From IMG/VR virus record IMGVR_UViG_3300048852_000013, positions 1 through 32,267 of that record: a stretch of 32,267 nt of DNA; one strand, 5' to 3'. The translations under genes and the position numbers were made by a program. The notes under the pieces were generated by a model. That model made no database searches. It was not told the origin of the DNA and worked only from the letters and a program-made list of their open reading frames with translations. This document shows positions 25,408 to 32,267 of this stretch, one piece after another (within the stretch, counting starts at the first letter, position 1; the number at the start of each line of letters is the position of its first letter). Source of the DNA: a virus (taxonomy: Duplodnaviria; Caudoviricetes).

Positions 25408-25940
25408 CGGGAAACCTCGGGGGCAAGACGCAGCCGATCCGCGACAACGTCCAGACCGTCGCGCCAAAGTGGCAGCGGGTCATAGGCGACGATCCACTCG
25501 CCCATCGACAGCACGTCGAGCGATGGCCGGCAGCGCATTGGCGCAGCGTCCACGAGATCGCGATACTCGCGTCGCGCCGCCTCCACGTCGCTCTCAAGCC
25601 GGTCTGTGCCGCCCGTGAGGCGCCAGGGGCTGTGATGCCCGCCGAGCCCCCAGAGGCGCGCCAGATGCGCCGCAGCGTCGCACTGGCGGGCCGTCAGCAG
25701 GCCGGAGGCGCGGAGGTGGGCGATGTTGCCGTCCGCGGCGGAGAGGTAGCTCTCGCCTGCATCGTCGGCCGGGACGGTGGTGAGCTCGCGCGCAGCCATA
25801 GCGCCCCCTGGTGTTCCTGCGATGGCGCGGCGCGCCTGGTCGCGTGCTGCCTGCCTAAGATGACGGTTGAGCGCCTGCGCGCGCGGGCAGATGCGCGGCC
25901 GGGCCAGCATCTGGCCTGTCATGTGGTCATCCAGCGTCAT
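25404..25940 (-). CDS. Putative late-gene regulator (Q position)
   Basis: Last early gene before the late promoter; LRASGLLTARQCDAA motif; C-terminal helix LWRDGLDVVADRL. Alternative start at 25799. Confidence 0.6.
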   Translation of the reverse strand: MTLDDHMTGQMLARPRICPRAQALNRHLRQAARDQARRAIAGTPGGAMAARELTTVPADDAGESYLSAADGNIAHLRASGLLTARQCDAAAHLARLWGLGGHHSPWRLTGGTDRLESDVEAARREYRDLVDAAPMRCRPSLDVLSMGEWIVAYDPLPLWRDGLDVVADRLRLAPEVSR

Positions 25941-26109
25941 GGCTGCCCTCCACCCGTGCCCACACATGCGGACTGACGTGCAGCACGTGCCGGGGCAGGA
26001 GCAGCGTGCGCCACCCGTCCGGCCCGAGCTCCACGTAGGCGCCGCGGTCGAGGTACTGCTGCGCGCGGGCCTCGGCGGTGGCGGCGGGGGCGACGGTGGC
26101 GGGGGTCAT
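25927..26109 (-). CDS. Hypothetical protein
   Basis: MTPATVAP... at ATG 26109, ATGA overlap with upstream stop, GGAG RBS. Confidence 0.55.
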   Translation of the reverse strand: MTPATVAPAATAEARAQQYLDRGAYVELGPDGWRTLLLPRHVLHVSPHVWARVEGSHDAG

Positions 26110-26396
26110 GTCTGCTCCCTCAGCAGCTCGTGCTCCAGGATCCGCAGCACGCCCAGGATGGACGGGACCGGCATGCCAGCCCCGCGCTCGTAGATCAGCG
26201 CACGCAGGGCTTGGAGCAGCGTCTCGCACCGCTCATCGGCGCCGCCGAATAGCGGCACCACCTCCGCGGCTTGCACCCCCTGCACCCCGAAGTGTGCCAG
26301 GGCCGCGGCCTGGGCCCACTGCGCCGCGGCTTCCAAGCTGGCCTCGTCTTTCACCACGACCGGGCACTGACCCAGGTCGATCGTCTCCACCCTCAC
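26106..26396 (-). CDS. Hypothetical protein
   Basis: GTG 26396 overlaps the upstream TGA (alternative start 26411); ends ILGVLRILEHELLREQT. Confidence 0.6.
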   Translation of the reverse strand: MRVETIDLGQCPVVVKDEASLEAAAQWAQAAALAHFGVQGVQAAEVVPLFGGADERCETLLQALRALIYERGAGMPVPSILGVLRILEHELLREQT

Positions 26397-26797
26397 CGGT
26401 TGGCCCTCCACCGCTTGCGCCGCTTCCCCTTGGCGACGCGGTCGAGCCGCCGCGACAGCTCGCCGGGCGGGAGGTCCAGGGGGCCGGGTGCATCGGTGCC
26501 TTCTCCGACAGAACCCCGGAAGTGCGGGCGAGCGTCAGCGGAGCCCGCATCTTCCGGGGTGGACCGGGGGCATCCCGGAAGTTTCCCGGGAACCCCCACC
26601 CCGTAAGGGGTGCGCGCGCGCTCGCGCGTTATATGCGCGTCGGGATTTTCGTTCGTTTTCAAGCACTCCCGGGTGCCCCGGAACCTGCAAACTTCCGGGG
26701 AACTTCCGGGGTTTTCGACGTGCCCCGGAAGTTGTGGCGAACCCTCTACTTCCGGGGCACTTCCGGGAAGTTCCGGGGTGAAACGGAGCGCGCTCAT
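26393..26797 (-). CDS. Pro/Gly-rich ORF spanning the repeat/origin region
   Basis: ATG 26797 overlaps the primase stop (ATGA) and its TGA overlaps the next GTG; 134 aa. Confidence 0.4.
   Translation of the reverse strand: MSALRFTPELPGSAPEVEGSPQLPGHVENPGSSPEVCRFRGTRECLKTNENPDAHITRERARTPYGVGVPGKLPGCPRSTPEDAGSADARPHFRGSVGEGTDAPGPLDLPPGELSRRLDRVAKGKRRKRWRANR
26514..26778. repeat. Iteron cluster, putative replication origin
   Basis: About 10 copies of ACTTCCGGGG/CCCCGGAAGT in both orientations (26514, 26550, 26573, 26676, 26691, 26702, 26723, 26748, 26759, 26769) around a CACCCC-GTAA-GGGGTG hairpin, a GC-dinucleotide run and an AT-richer patch. Confidence 0.8.
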
Positions 26798-29112
26798 GCC
26801 TCGCCCTCGCTGTCGGATGTGACCCAGTGCGCGTGAGGCGCACCACTCGGCCCTCGCAGGCCAGTCGCCTTCCTCCCCTTCTCCCGGTACCACTCGCGGA
26901 CCGTGAAGCCGTTCTGGAGCAGGGCGGTGAGCGCCGCCTTCTGGTGGGCCGGGGTCGTGATCCCGTGCTTCACCATGACGGCGGCGATGGAGCGCGGCTG
27001 TTCGGGCGCAAGGCGCGGCGAGAACGGACCCTGATCGGTGCCTCGTTCGGCCGCGGCCGCCACCAGGGCCAATGCCTCCGGTGGGACGCCCGAGTTCCTG
27101 CGCTGCTGGTTGCGAGGGGCCCACGGGATCGCCGCGGCGACCTCCTCGCCGTTGTCGAGCTCGTAGCCCTGGAGCTCGTGCCAAGCCGCTTCGCTGGCCT
27201 GGCTGTAGTTGGCCTTCGCGTTGTCCACGCGGAAGAAGCGCCGCCGAAGGTCCGGGGCGATGTTGAGCTGCGCCGCCTCGTCCTCGGTCATGGGCGCGAC
27301 CGTCAGGGCGATGCGGGCCGCGCCGACCACGGCGGAGGCGCCGCGGATGGCGTCCATGTCGCCGGCGGTCGAGCCCTTGCGGGTGTGATGGATCAGGACC
27401 ACGGCGCAGTTGTGCCGCTGAGCGAAGGCCCGCAGCAGCGCCACCACATGGCGAAGCGCCGTGTTGTCGTTCTCCTCGGCCGTGTGCAGCTCGGCCAGCG
27501 GGTCGAGCATCACCACGTCGGGCTTGAAGTCCTCGGCAAGCTTCTCGAGCGCCGCCCACGCATCGGTCATCCGGAAGATGCCGGTGGCCCGGTCCTGCTC
27601 GATCAGGGTGCCGATCTTGGTCGGGCCGCAGCGCAGGACGCGCCCGGCCAGGTCACGGGGCATGGCCTCGAACTGACGGAGCGTGGCCGAGAAGCGGCGG
27701 CGCTGCTCGTCCTCGTCGTCCTCGACGTTGTAGACCATGACGCGCATGGGCCCGACCGGCTGGAATGTGCCGTGCGGCTGGTTGAGCGCCAGCGAGGATG
27801 CCCAGGCGACCATCAGGGAGGACTTCCCGGCCGAGCCCATGCCGGCCGCGATGGTGACGGCGCCGCGCAGCATGTAGCCGGGCGCGATCCAGGGGCGGCG
27901 TGGAATGGCGTCCTCCCGCCAGTCGTCGGCAGCGGTCCAGAGCGGAGGCTCCGGCTTCTTGGGCGGCTCGGGCGCGCGCTTGGGCTCATCGCGCCGCGCC
28001 GTGGAAGCGGGCCGGGCGGTGTCCGGTGTGGAGAGCGGGGCCTCGGCCTCCGCTCGCTCGGCGAAAGGGGGCGGTGGCTCCTGTCGCTGCCCTCCCCTAC
28101 CTCGCCACCCGGCCGCGCGGGCCAGGAAGAAGATGGTCCCCGCCCCGATCTTGGACGGAGGAGAGCCCGCGAAGTGGTCCCAGCGCGCCGCGCAGGCGCC
28201 AGCGTCGTGCTTGCCCGACTTCCCGGACCACTGCTCCCACGCCTCTAGCCCAGCCTCGGCGCCGCCGGTGGCGCGCCAGGTCGCCATACCGACGCGGTTC
28301 CAGTCGTCCCAGGCCAGGTCGGCGTTGGGGATGAAGGACAGCGCCGCCGCTACATCCGCGACCGGCGCCTGTGGCTCGCCAGGAGTGCGGGCGCCGCTGA
28401 TGCCCTGCTGGGACAGGCCGGTGGCCTCAACGGCCTCCTGCAGCCGCTCGATCGCGTCCGAGAGGTGGATCTCGGCCTCGGTGTCGCCGCCGATGGCCTG
28501 CGCCAACCGCGGGGTGCGCTTGAGGTTCCAGGAGCCGGGCCAGCGAAGCGGATGCGCCGGGCTGGCGGCCGTGCGGTCGCCGCCGACCAAGACCGCGGCC
28601 AGCCACCGCGCCTCGCGCAGCGTCGCGTGCTCCTCGGCGGAGCGCGTCGGCTCCGACAGGCGCCAGTGCAGGTGCAGCTTGGCGTGGAGCTCGCCGGTGG
28701 TCGGGTCCGCGGTCTCGCCGCCCGAGGCCATGACGAAGGTGGCCGGGCCGAGGATCGCCTCGAGCTTGGCGCGCGCCGCCGGCGGGTCGCCGCTGTCCAG
28801 CTCCACGGCCAGCGTCAGGCCGTTGGCCAGGTCCTGCGCGCGGGCCTTGCGCGGGTTGTTGAAGGTCGCCACCGGCGGGGCAAAGACGGCCGGCGCGGAG
28901 CCGTTGGCAGCCTTCCCGGCCACGGCCACGGCGCGCGCGATGATGGGCTCGAAGGAGCCATTGATCGCAGCCGCCTCGATCGCCACCGGCGGCCTGCCAC
29001 GGTCCTTCTGGTCGAAGGCGCGCAGGGACACGTAGGTGCCGGGGTCCGCGTAGCGGAAGCACGCCGTGAGGAAGGCGCGCATCTCGGCGGCAGCGGGCTG
29101 GAGAGTGGCCAT
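26794..29112 (-). CDS. Primase-helicase (primase-like N-terminus, PriCT-2 domain, RepA/AAA_25-type helicase)
   Basis: KLHLHWRL motif, WDDWNRVGMA...WEQWS..SGK PriCT-2, Walker A GMGSAGKS, Walker B VVMLDP, HHTRK, RGASA. Confidence 0.9.
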   Translation of the reverse strand: MATLQPAAAEMRAFLTACFRYADPGTYVSLRAFDQKDRGRPPVAIEAAAINGSFEPIIARAVAVAGKAANGSAPAVFAPPVATFNNPRKARAQDLANGLTLAVELDSGDPPAARAKLEAILGPATFVMASGGETADPTTGELHAKLHLHWRLSEPTRSAEEHATLREARWLAAVLVGGDRTAASPAHPLRWPGSWNLKRTPRLAQAIGGDTEAEIHLSDAIERLQEAVEATGLSQQGISGARTPGEPQAPVADVAAALSFIPNADLAWDDWNRVGMATWRATGGAEAGLEAWEQWSGKSGKHDAGACAARWDHFAGSPPSKIGAGTIFFLARAAGWRGRGGQRQEPPPPFAERAEAEAPLSTPDTARPASTARRDEPKRAPEPPKKPEPPLWTAADDWREDAIPRRPWIAPGYMLRGAVTIAAGMGSAGKSSLMVAWASSLALNQPHGTFQPVGPMRVMVYNVEDDEDEQRRRFSATLRQFEAMPRDLAGRVLRCGPTKIGTLIEQDRATGIFRMTDAWAALEKLAEDFKPDVVMLDPLAELHTAEENDNTALRHVVALLRAFAQRHNCAVVLIHHTRKGSTAGDMDAIRGASAVVGAARIALTVAPMTEDEAAQLNIAPDLRRRFFRVDNAKANYSQASEAAWHELQGYELDNGEEVAAAIPWAPRNQQRRNSGVPPEALALVAAAAERGTDQGPFSPRLAPEQPRSIAAVMVKHGITTPAHQKAALTALLQNGFTVREWYREKGRKATGLRGPSGAPHAHWVTSDSEGEA

Positions 29113-29330
29113 CAGACGCGCGCTCCGACGGTTTGGCGGTAGGTCTGCCGTGCCTCGCGGATGGCGCCCCAGCCGAGGCGCTCAGGGGCGCGCATGCCGG
29201 TGAGCAGCATCTGCAGGCGCTCGACGCGCGTGAGCCGGTCGCGGTAGTCCTCGATCAGCACCCAGGCGCATTCCCAGGCGCGGATCTGGACCTCGGGCGG
29301 CGGCGGAAACAGCGCGTCGAGCTTGGTCAT
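29112..29330 (-). CDS. Hypothetical protein
   Basis: MTKLDALFPPPP..., coupled on both sides by stop/start overlaps. Confidence 0.6.
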   Translation of the reverse strand: MTKLDALFPPPPEVQIRAWECAWVLIEDYRDRLTRVERLQMLLTGMRAPERLGWGAIREARQTYRQTVGARV

Positions 29331-29761
29331 GCGATGAGCCCCGCTTCGCGCCACGCCGCCTCGGCCTGGTCCTGGCATGTGACGAAGCGCGCCAGGAAGC
29401 CCCGGCGCTGCACCTCGTCATGGCACTCGCACTGGCGGAGGTAGTGGGCATACTCGCGCTTGTTGGTCGGGCGAGGCGGCTCCCACCCAGGCTCTTTCGC
29501 CTCGAGGAAGCAGACCTGGCGGTCCGGGCCGAGGCAGATCAGATCCGGAAACCCGGGGCGCAGCCCGTTGGCCTTGGCCATGATGTGCCCCGCCACACTG
29601 CGCTTGCCCTCGTTCCTGACGTGCACCACCATCACGCCAAGCCACTGGCCGCGCTTGATGATCGCGCGCTGCAGGGCAGCTTCCGGATCCGCGCGGCGCT
29701 TTGCCTTCCGACCAAGCCAGTCGATCTCGCCAGCGACGGTGCGGGCCTGGTCAACCAGCAT
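29327..29761 (-). CDS. VRR-NUC domain nuclease
   Basis: EAALQRAI...HVRNEG...GLRPGFPDL...FLEAK...Q PD-(D/E)xK pattern. Confidence 0.87.
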   Translation of the reverse strand: MLVDQARTVAGEIDWLGRKAKRRADPEAALQRAIIKRGQWLGVMVVHVRNEGKRSVAGHIMAKANGLRPGFPDLICLGPDRQVCFLEAKEPGWEPPRPTNKREYAHYLRQCECHDEVQRRGFLARFVTCQDQAEAAWREAGLIA

Positions 29762-30095
29762 GCCCCGCCTCCCGCATCGTGTGGCGGTAGACCGCGCGGT
29801 AGACGGTGGACCTGTTCACGCCGGTGCGCTGGGCAACCTCCGTGTAGCTCTCGCCGGCATCGACGGCGCGTACCCACTCTGCGGTGCGCTCGGTCATCTC
29901 GGGCGGACGCCCCGCAGGCAGCGGCGCGATGCCCGCGACCCGGAGCCACCGCGCCACCGCGGAAGGCGTCACGCCCATCCGCCGGGCCACCCGCGCCGGC
30001 CGCTCGCCATTGCGCACGGCCTCGACCGCGGCAGCGCGCTCCTCCAGCGTCCTCCACCTCTTCGAAAGAGTGGTGCTTTCGAGGGCGGCGCTCAT
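29751..30095 (-). CDS. Tandem helix-turn-helix DNA-binding protein
   Basis: PARVARRMGVTPSAVARW and YTEVAQRTGVNRSTVYR; start at ATG 30095 (TGATG overlap). Confidence 0.78.
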   Translation of the reverse strand: MSAALESTTLSKRWRTLEERAAAVEAVRNGERPARVARRMGVTPSAVARWLRVAGIAPLPAGRPPEMTERTAEWVRAVDAGESYTEVAQRTGVNRSTVYRAVYRHTMREAGHAG

Positions 30096-30424
30096 CAGAC
30101 GCCTCCCGGGGGAATGTAGACGCAATATACGTACCCGGTGCTCGACACGCAGGCGTGGCGCTCGCTGTCACCGGAGACGCGGATGCGCGGGTCGCCGTGC
30201 GGGATGAACGCGTCCACCGACACCCGGGCCAGCTTGTGCGCGCCGACCGGCAGCACGACGCGGTAGCCGCCCTGCACCTCACGCACCGCGCCGTCAGGCG
30301 CCGGCGCGCAGTCGCGCATGTCGCAGCACTCGCGGTCATACTCCCACCCTGCCGGCGCCTGGTGGGCCGCAGCCGGGAGAGCGAGCAGCGCGCCGATGGC
30401 GGCGAGGGTGCGGACGGCGCTCAT
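30095..30424 (-). CDS. Secreted Cys-rich protein
   Basis: Signal peptide ending AAA-H; WEYDRECCDMRDC...HAC...YCVY. Confidence 0.75.
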   Translation of the reverse strand: MSAVRTLAAIGALLALPAAAHQAPAGWEYDRECCDMRDCAPAPDGAVREVQGGYRVVLPVGAHKLARVSVDAFIPHGDPRIRVSGDSERHACVSSTGYVYCVYIPPGGV

Positions 30425-30519
30425 TCGCCACTGCCCTCAAAACCGCCCAGGACACCGCTGGCCAGTCCGGCGAGGACACCGATCAGGAGACACCACGCGA
30501 CGACGGCGGGCCAGAGCAT
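30421..30519 (-). CDS. 32-aa single-TM microprotein
   Basis: MLWPAVVAWCLLIGVLAGLASGVLGGFEGSGE; TGATG and ATGA overlaps bridge cII-like and Cys-rich genes exactly. Confidence 0.65.
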   Translation of the reverse strand: MLWPAVVAWCLLIGVLAGLASGVLGGFEGSGE

Positions 30520-31013
30520 CACGACACCGCCCGCAGCTTGGCGGTGGCGCCGCGCTCCGCCGATGCGGCGATGGCGGCCCGCGCCGCGTCCGCCGCCTGC
30601 GCCACGGCCGCCAGGTGCTGGTCCAGCTCGGCGCGCTCCTCATCCGAGAGCCGCCCGTCCTCCATCGCCTCCGCGTGCTCCGCCGCGAGATCGGCGCCCC
30701 TCCGCAGCGTGGCGGCGATGGCGCGCAGCTCGTTGCCGCGCACCGCCTGCGGCAGCAGCGACAGCCGGTGATGCGTCGCGCCGGCCAGGATCGAGGTGAC
30801 CAGCGGCTCGCCGGCCACACGCTCAAGGTCCGCGACATAGTCGAGGCGCGGATACCTGTCGTCCTGCTGCAGATCCGCCATGACGTGCAGCCGGGCGGGG
30901 CTTGCGCCGGTGCAGGACGCCGCTGCCTCAAATCCACCGACCCGCTGGATCAGCAGCCGGAATGCGGTCTTCAGCGAGGCGTAGTACTCCGGATGGTGCT
31001 GCTGGCGCTTCAT
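30519..31013 (-). CDS. Phage regulatory protein, CII-like
   Basis: Start MKRQQHH at ATG 31013 with GAGG RBS; LKTAFRLLIQRVGGFEAAA...VADLERVAGEP...AMEDGRLSDEE; follows cro. Confidence 0.72.
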   Translation of the reverse strand: MKRQQHHPEYYASLKTAFRLLIQRVGGFEAAASCTGASPARLHVMADLQQDDRYPRLDYVADLERVAGEPLVTSILAGATHHRLSLLPQAVRGNELRAIAATLRRGADLAAEHAEAMEDGRLSDEERAELDQHLAAVAQAADAARAAIAASAERGATAKLRAVS

Positions 31014-31086
31014 GCTGTCCTCAAGGTTCGGATAGCGAAAAGGGATCTTGCTGACGCGCAGCCATGGAAGCCCGCATGGTCTGCCC

Positions 31087-31197
31087 ATGCAGATCCGCCG
31101 CCCCCGCCAGACCAAGCCGGACCTTCTTCCCGTCGCGCTGGTCGTCGCCGGGCTGCTGATGGCGCTGGGCGGCCTCATCCTCGGGGGCTGGATGTGA
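31087..31197 (+). CDS. 36-aa single-TM microprotein, antisense between cro and cII
   Basis: MQIRRPRQTKPDLLPVALVVAGLLMALGGLILGGWM; GC3-rich codons; basic N-terminus then hydrophobic helix; weak RBS. Confidence 0.5.
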   Translation: MQIRRPRQTKPDLLPVALVVAGLLMALGGLILGGWM

Positions 31198-31207
31198 GGC
31201 GCGCATC

Positions 31208-31441
31208 TCAGGCGGCCTCCACCGGAGCCGGGAACACGTCGGGCCGGATCTGGTGCGGCGCCATCCCTGCGCGCGCGGCCACCACCTGGACGCGATGGGG
31301 CGGAACGCCCCGGTCCTTCCAGCAACTCACGGCGCTCGGGTTGATGTCGAAGATGGCCGCAGTGGCGCTCAGGCCACCGAGCTTTCCGATGGCCTCCAGG
31401 GCGGCGGCCCGCAGCCTTTCGCGCATGTCCGAGGAGCACAT
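31208..31441 (-). CDS. cro: Cro/YdaS-like HTH regulator
   Basis: GGLSATAAIFDINPSAVSCW...VPP...IRPDVF; divergent from cI-like gene. Start 31447, 31441 or 31426. Confidence 0.85.
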   Translation of the reverse strand: MCSSDMRERLRAAALEAIGKLGGLSATAAIFDINPSAVSCWKDRGVPPHRVQVVAARAGMAPHQIRPDVFPAPVEAA

Positions 31442-31447
31442 GCGCAC

Positions 31448-31481
31448 ACTATATCAGGGAGGCTGAAATCAGCGCAACTGA
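31448..31481 (-). promoter_or_regulatory. pR-like promoter with two TCAG-N5-CTGA operators
   Basis: TTGCGC (31477-31472), 18 nt spacer, TATAGT (31453-31448); operators at 31454-31466 and 31469-31481. Confidence 0.72.
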
Positions 31482-31539
31482 AATTCTCTCGCTCCGACTG
31501 CTGAAGGGACATCAGCCCTTCAGCGGCATAGCTTCCGGC

Positions 31540-31944
31540 ATGGCCCAAGACTTACAAGATCCCCGAGAAATCCAGTTCCGTGAGGAGCTGGCCAGCAGAC
31601 TAAGCCTTGCTGTCGAGGCAATTTCCGCCAGGGAAGGCCTGACTAAAGGGGAGATTGCGAAGGCGATTGGCGTTCCGCAAAACCGCCTTTCGAACTGGAC
31701 GACCAACCAGAACGCACCAAGCTGGTTTCATATATTCCGGCTCTGCAAGCGGTTCCGCATCAGCGCCGACTGGATTCTGCTTGGCGAACTGGACGGCGTA
31801 CCACGCGCACTGGCGGACTATTTGGAAGCGGCTTTGGTGGATAAATCGGCGGCTTCAGAGGCACAGGCTGCCCCTCAGCACGAAAGCCAAGAGCGCGCCA
31901 AGGCAGTGAAAAGGGCATCTGATGTCCGGCCTCCTAAGAGCTAA
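31540..31944 (+). CDS. CI-like XRE-family repressor (HTH only)
   Basis: LTKGEIAKAIGVPQNRLSNW...P...ISADWILLG; divergent from cro; flanked by operators. Confidence 0.85.
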   Translation: MAQDLQDPREIQFREELASRLSLAVEAISAREGLTKGEIAKAIGVPQNRLSNWTTNQNAPSWFHIFRLCKRFRISADWILLGELDGVPRALADYLEAALVDKSAASEAQAAPQHESQERAKAVKRASDVRPPKS

Positions 31945-32057
31945 GTGACCAAAATACATCCATAAATTGACTGTTTGTGGATACGCTGACACGTTCCTGG
32001 CGAATAGGTTAGGAACGTTTTCCTGCGCCGCGCAAGCGGTAAGCTGAAAGATAAATT

Positions 32058-32110
32058 TCAGCACCGCTGACATTTTCCCCTTGCGACTATCAGCGACGCT
32101 GAAATAGGAT
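32058..32110 (+). promoter_or_regulatory. pL-like promoter with two TCAG-N5-CTGA operators
   Basis: Operators TCAGCACCGCTGA 32058-32070 and TCAGCGACGCTGA 32090-32102; TTGCGA (32081-32086), 18 nt spacer, TAGGAT (32105-32110). Confidence 0.72.
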
Positions 32111-32136
32111 GGCGGCACCACCACAGAGGTGCCGCC

Positions 32137-32267
32137 ATGTCCCAGCCCGCTCCCATCCTCCCCGATCGCCTGGCCGAGTTCGCCGCGCTGCCGCTCAAGA
32201 AGGGCTCGCACCGCAGCCCCTCGGATGGCATGTGCGCGCTCGAAGCTGCGGCGTGGATCGCCGGCGA
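32137..32267 (+). CDS. Hypothetical phage protein, first gene of left early operon (partial)
   Basis: GAGG RBS then MSQPAPILPDRLAEFAALPLKKGSHRSPSDGMCALEAAAWIAG..., runs off the window. Confidence 0.7.
   Translation, partial: MSQPAPILPDRLAEFAALPLKKGSHRSPSDGMCALEAAAWIAG

Noticed and set aside
26514-26778. Possible CRISPR array
   Set aside because: Repeats are only about 10 bp, irregularly spaced and in both orientations; no cas genes. An iteron cluster fits better.
29751-30095. IS transposase fragment (IS630/IS3-like HTH)
   Set aside because: No DDE domain or terminal inverted repeats; the ORF is coupled within the phage early operon.

Overview
This window is most of a GC-rich (roughly 70% by eye) temperate, lambdoid-type siphophage or prophage, probably from an alphaproteobacterial host (inference), truncated at both ends. 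Nearly all genes lie on the minus strand. From right to left: an immunity region (short cI-like HTH repressor, Cro/YdaS-like gene, cII-like gene, four TCAG-N5-CTGA operators), early genes (VRR-NUC nuclease, primase-helicase followed by an iteron-rich putative origin), and a candidate late regulator followed by a pR'/tR'-like promoter and terminator. Next come HNH, a putative cos region, terminases, HK97-type portal/protease/capsid, neck and tail genes with a clear -1 frameshift tail chaperone, tape measure, tail tip and tail fibre genes. An accessory adsorption block follows (sialidase-like spike, 7-blade propeller, RcGTA-like head-spike base and fibre). The window ends with a translationally coupled HTH-metallophosphoesterase and proteasome-beta-like Ntn hydrolase pair directly upstream of a holin-like gene and a GH108 endolysin. 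No integrase, RNA genes or CRISPR array were seen. Family assignments come from motif recognition only; no searches were run.
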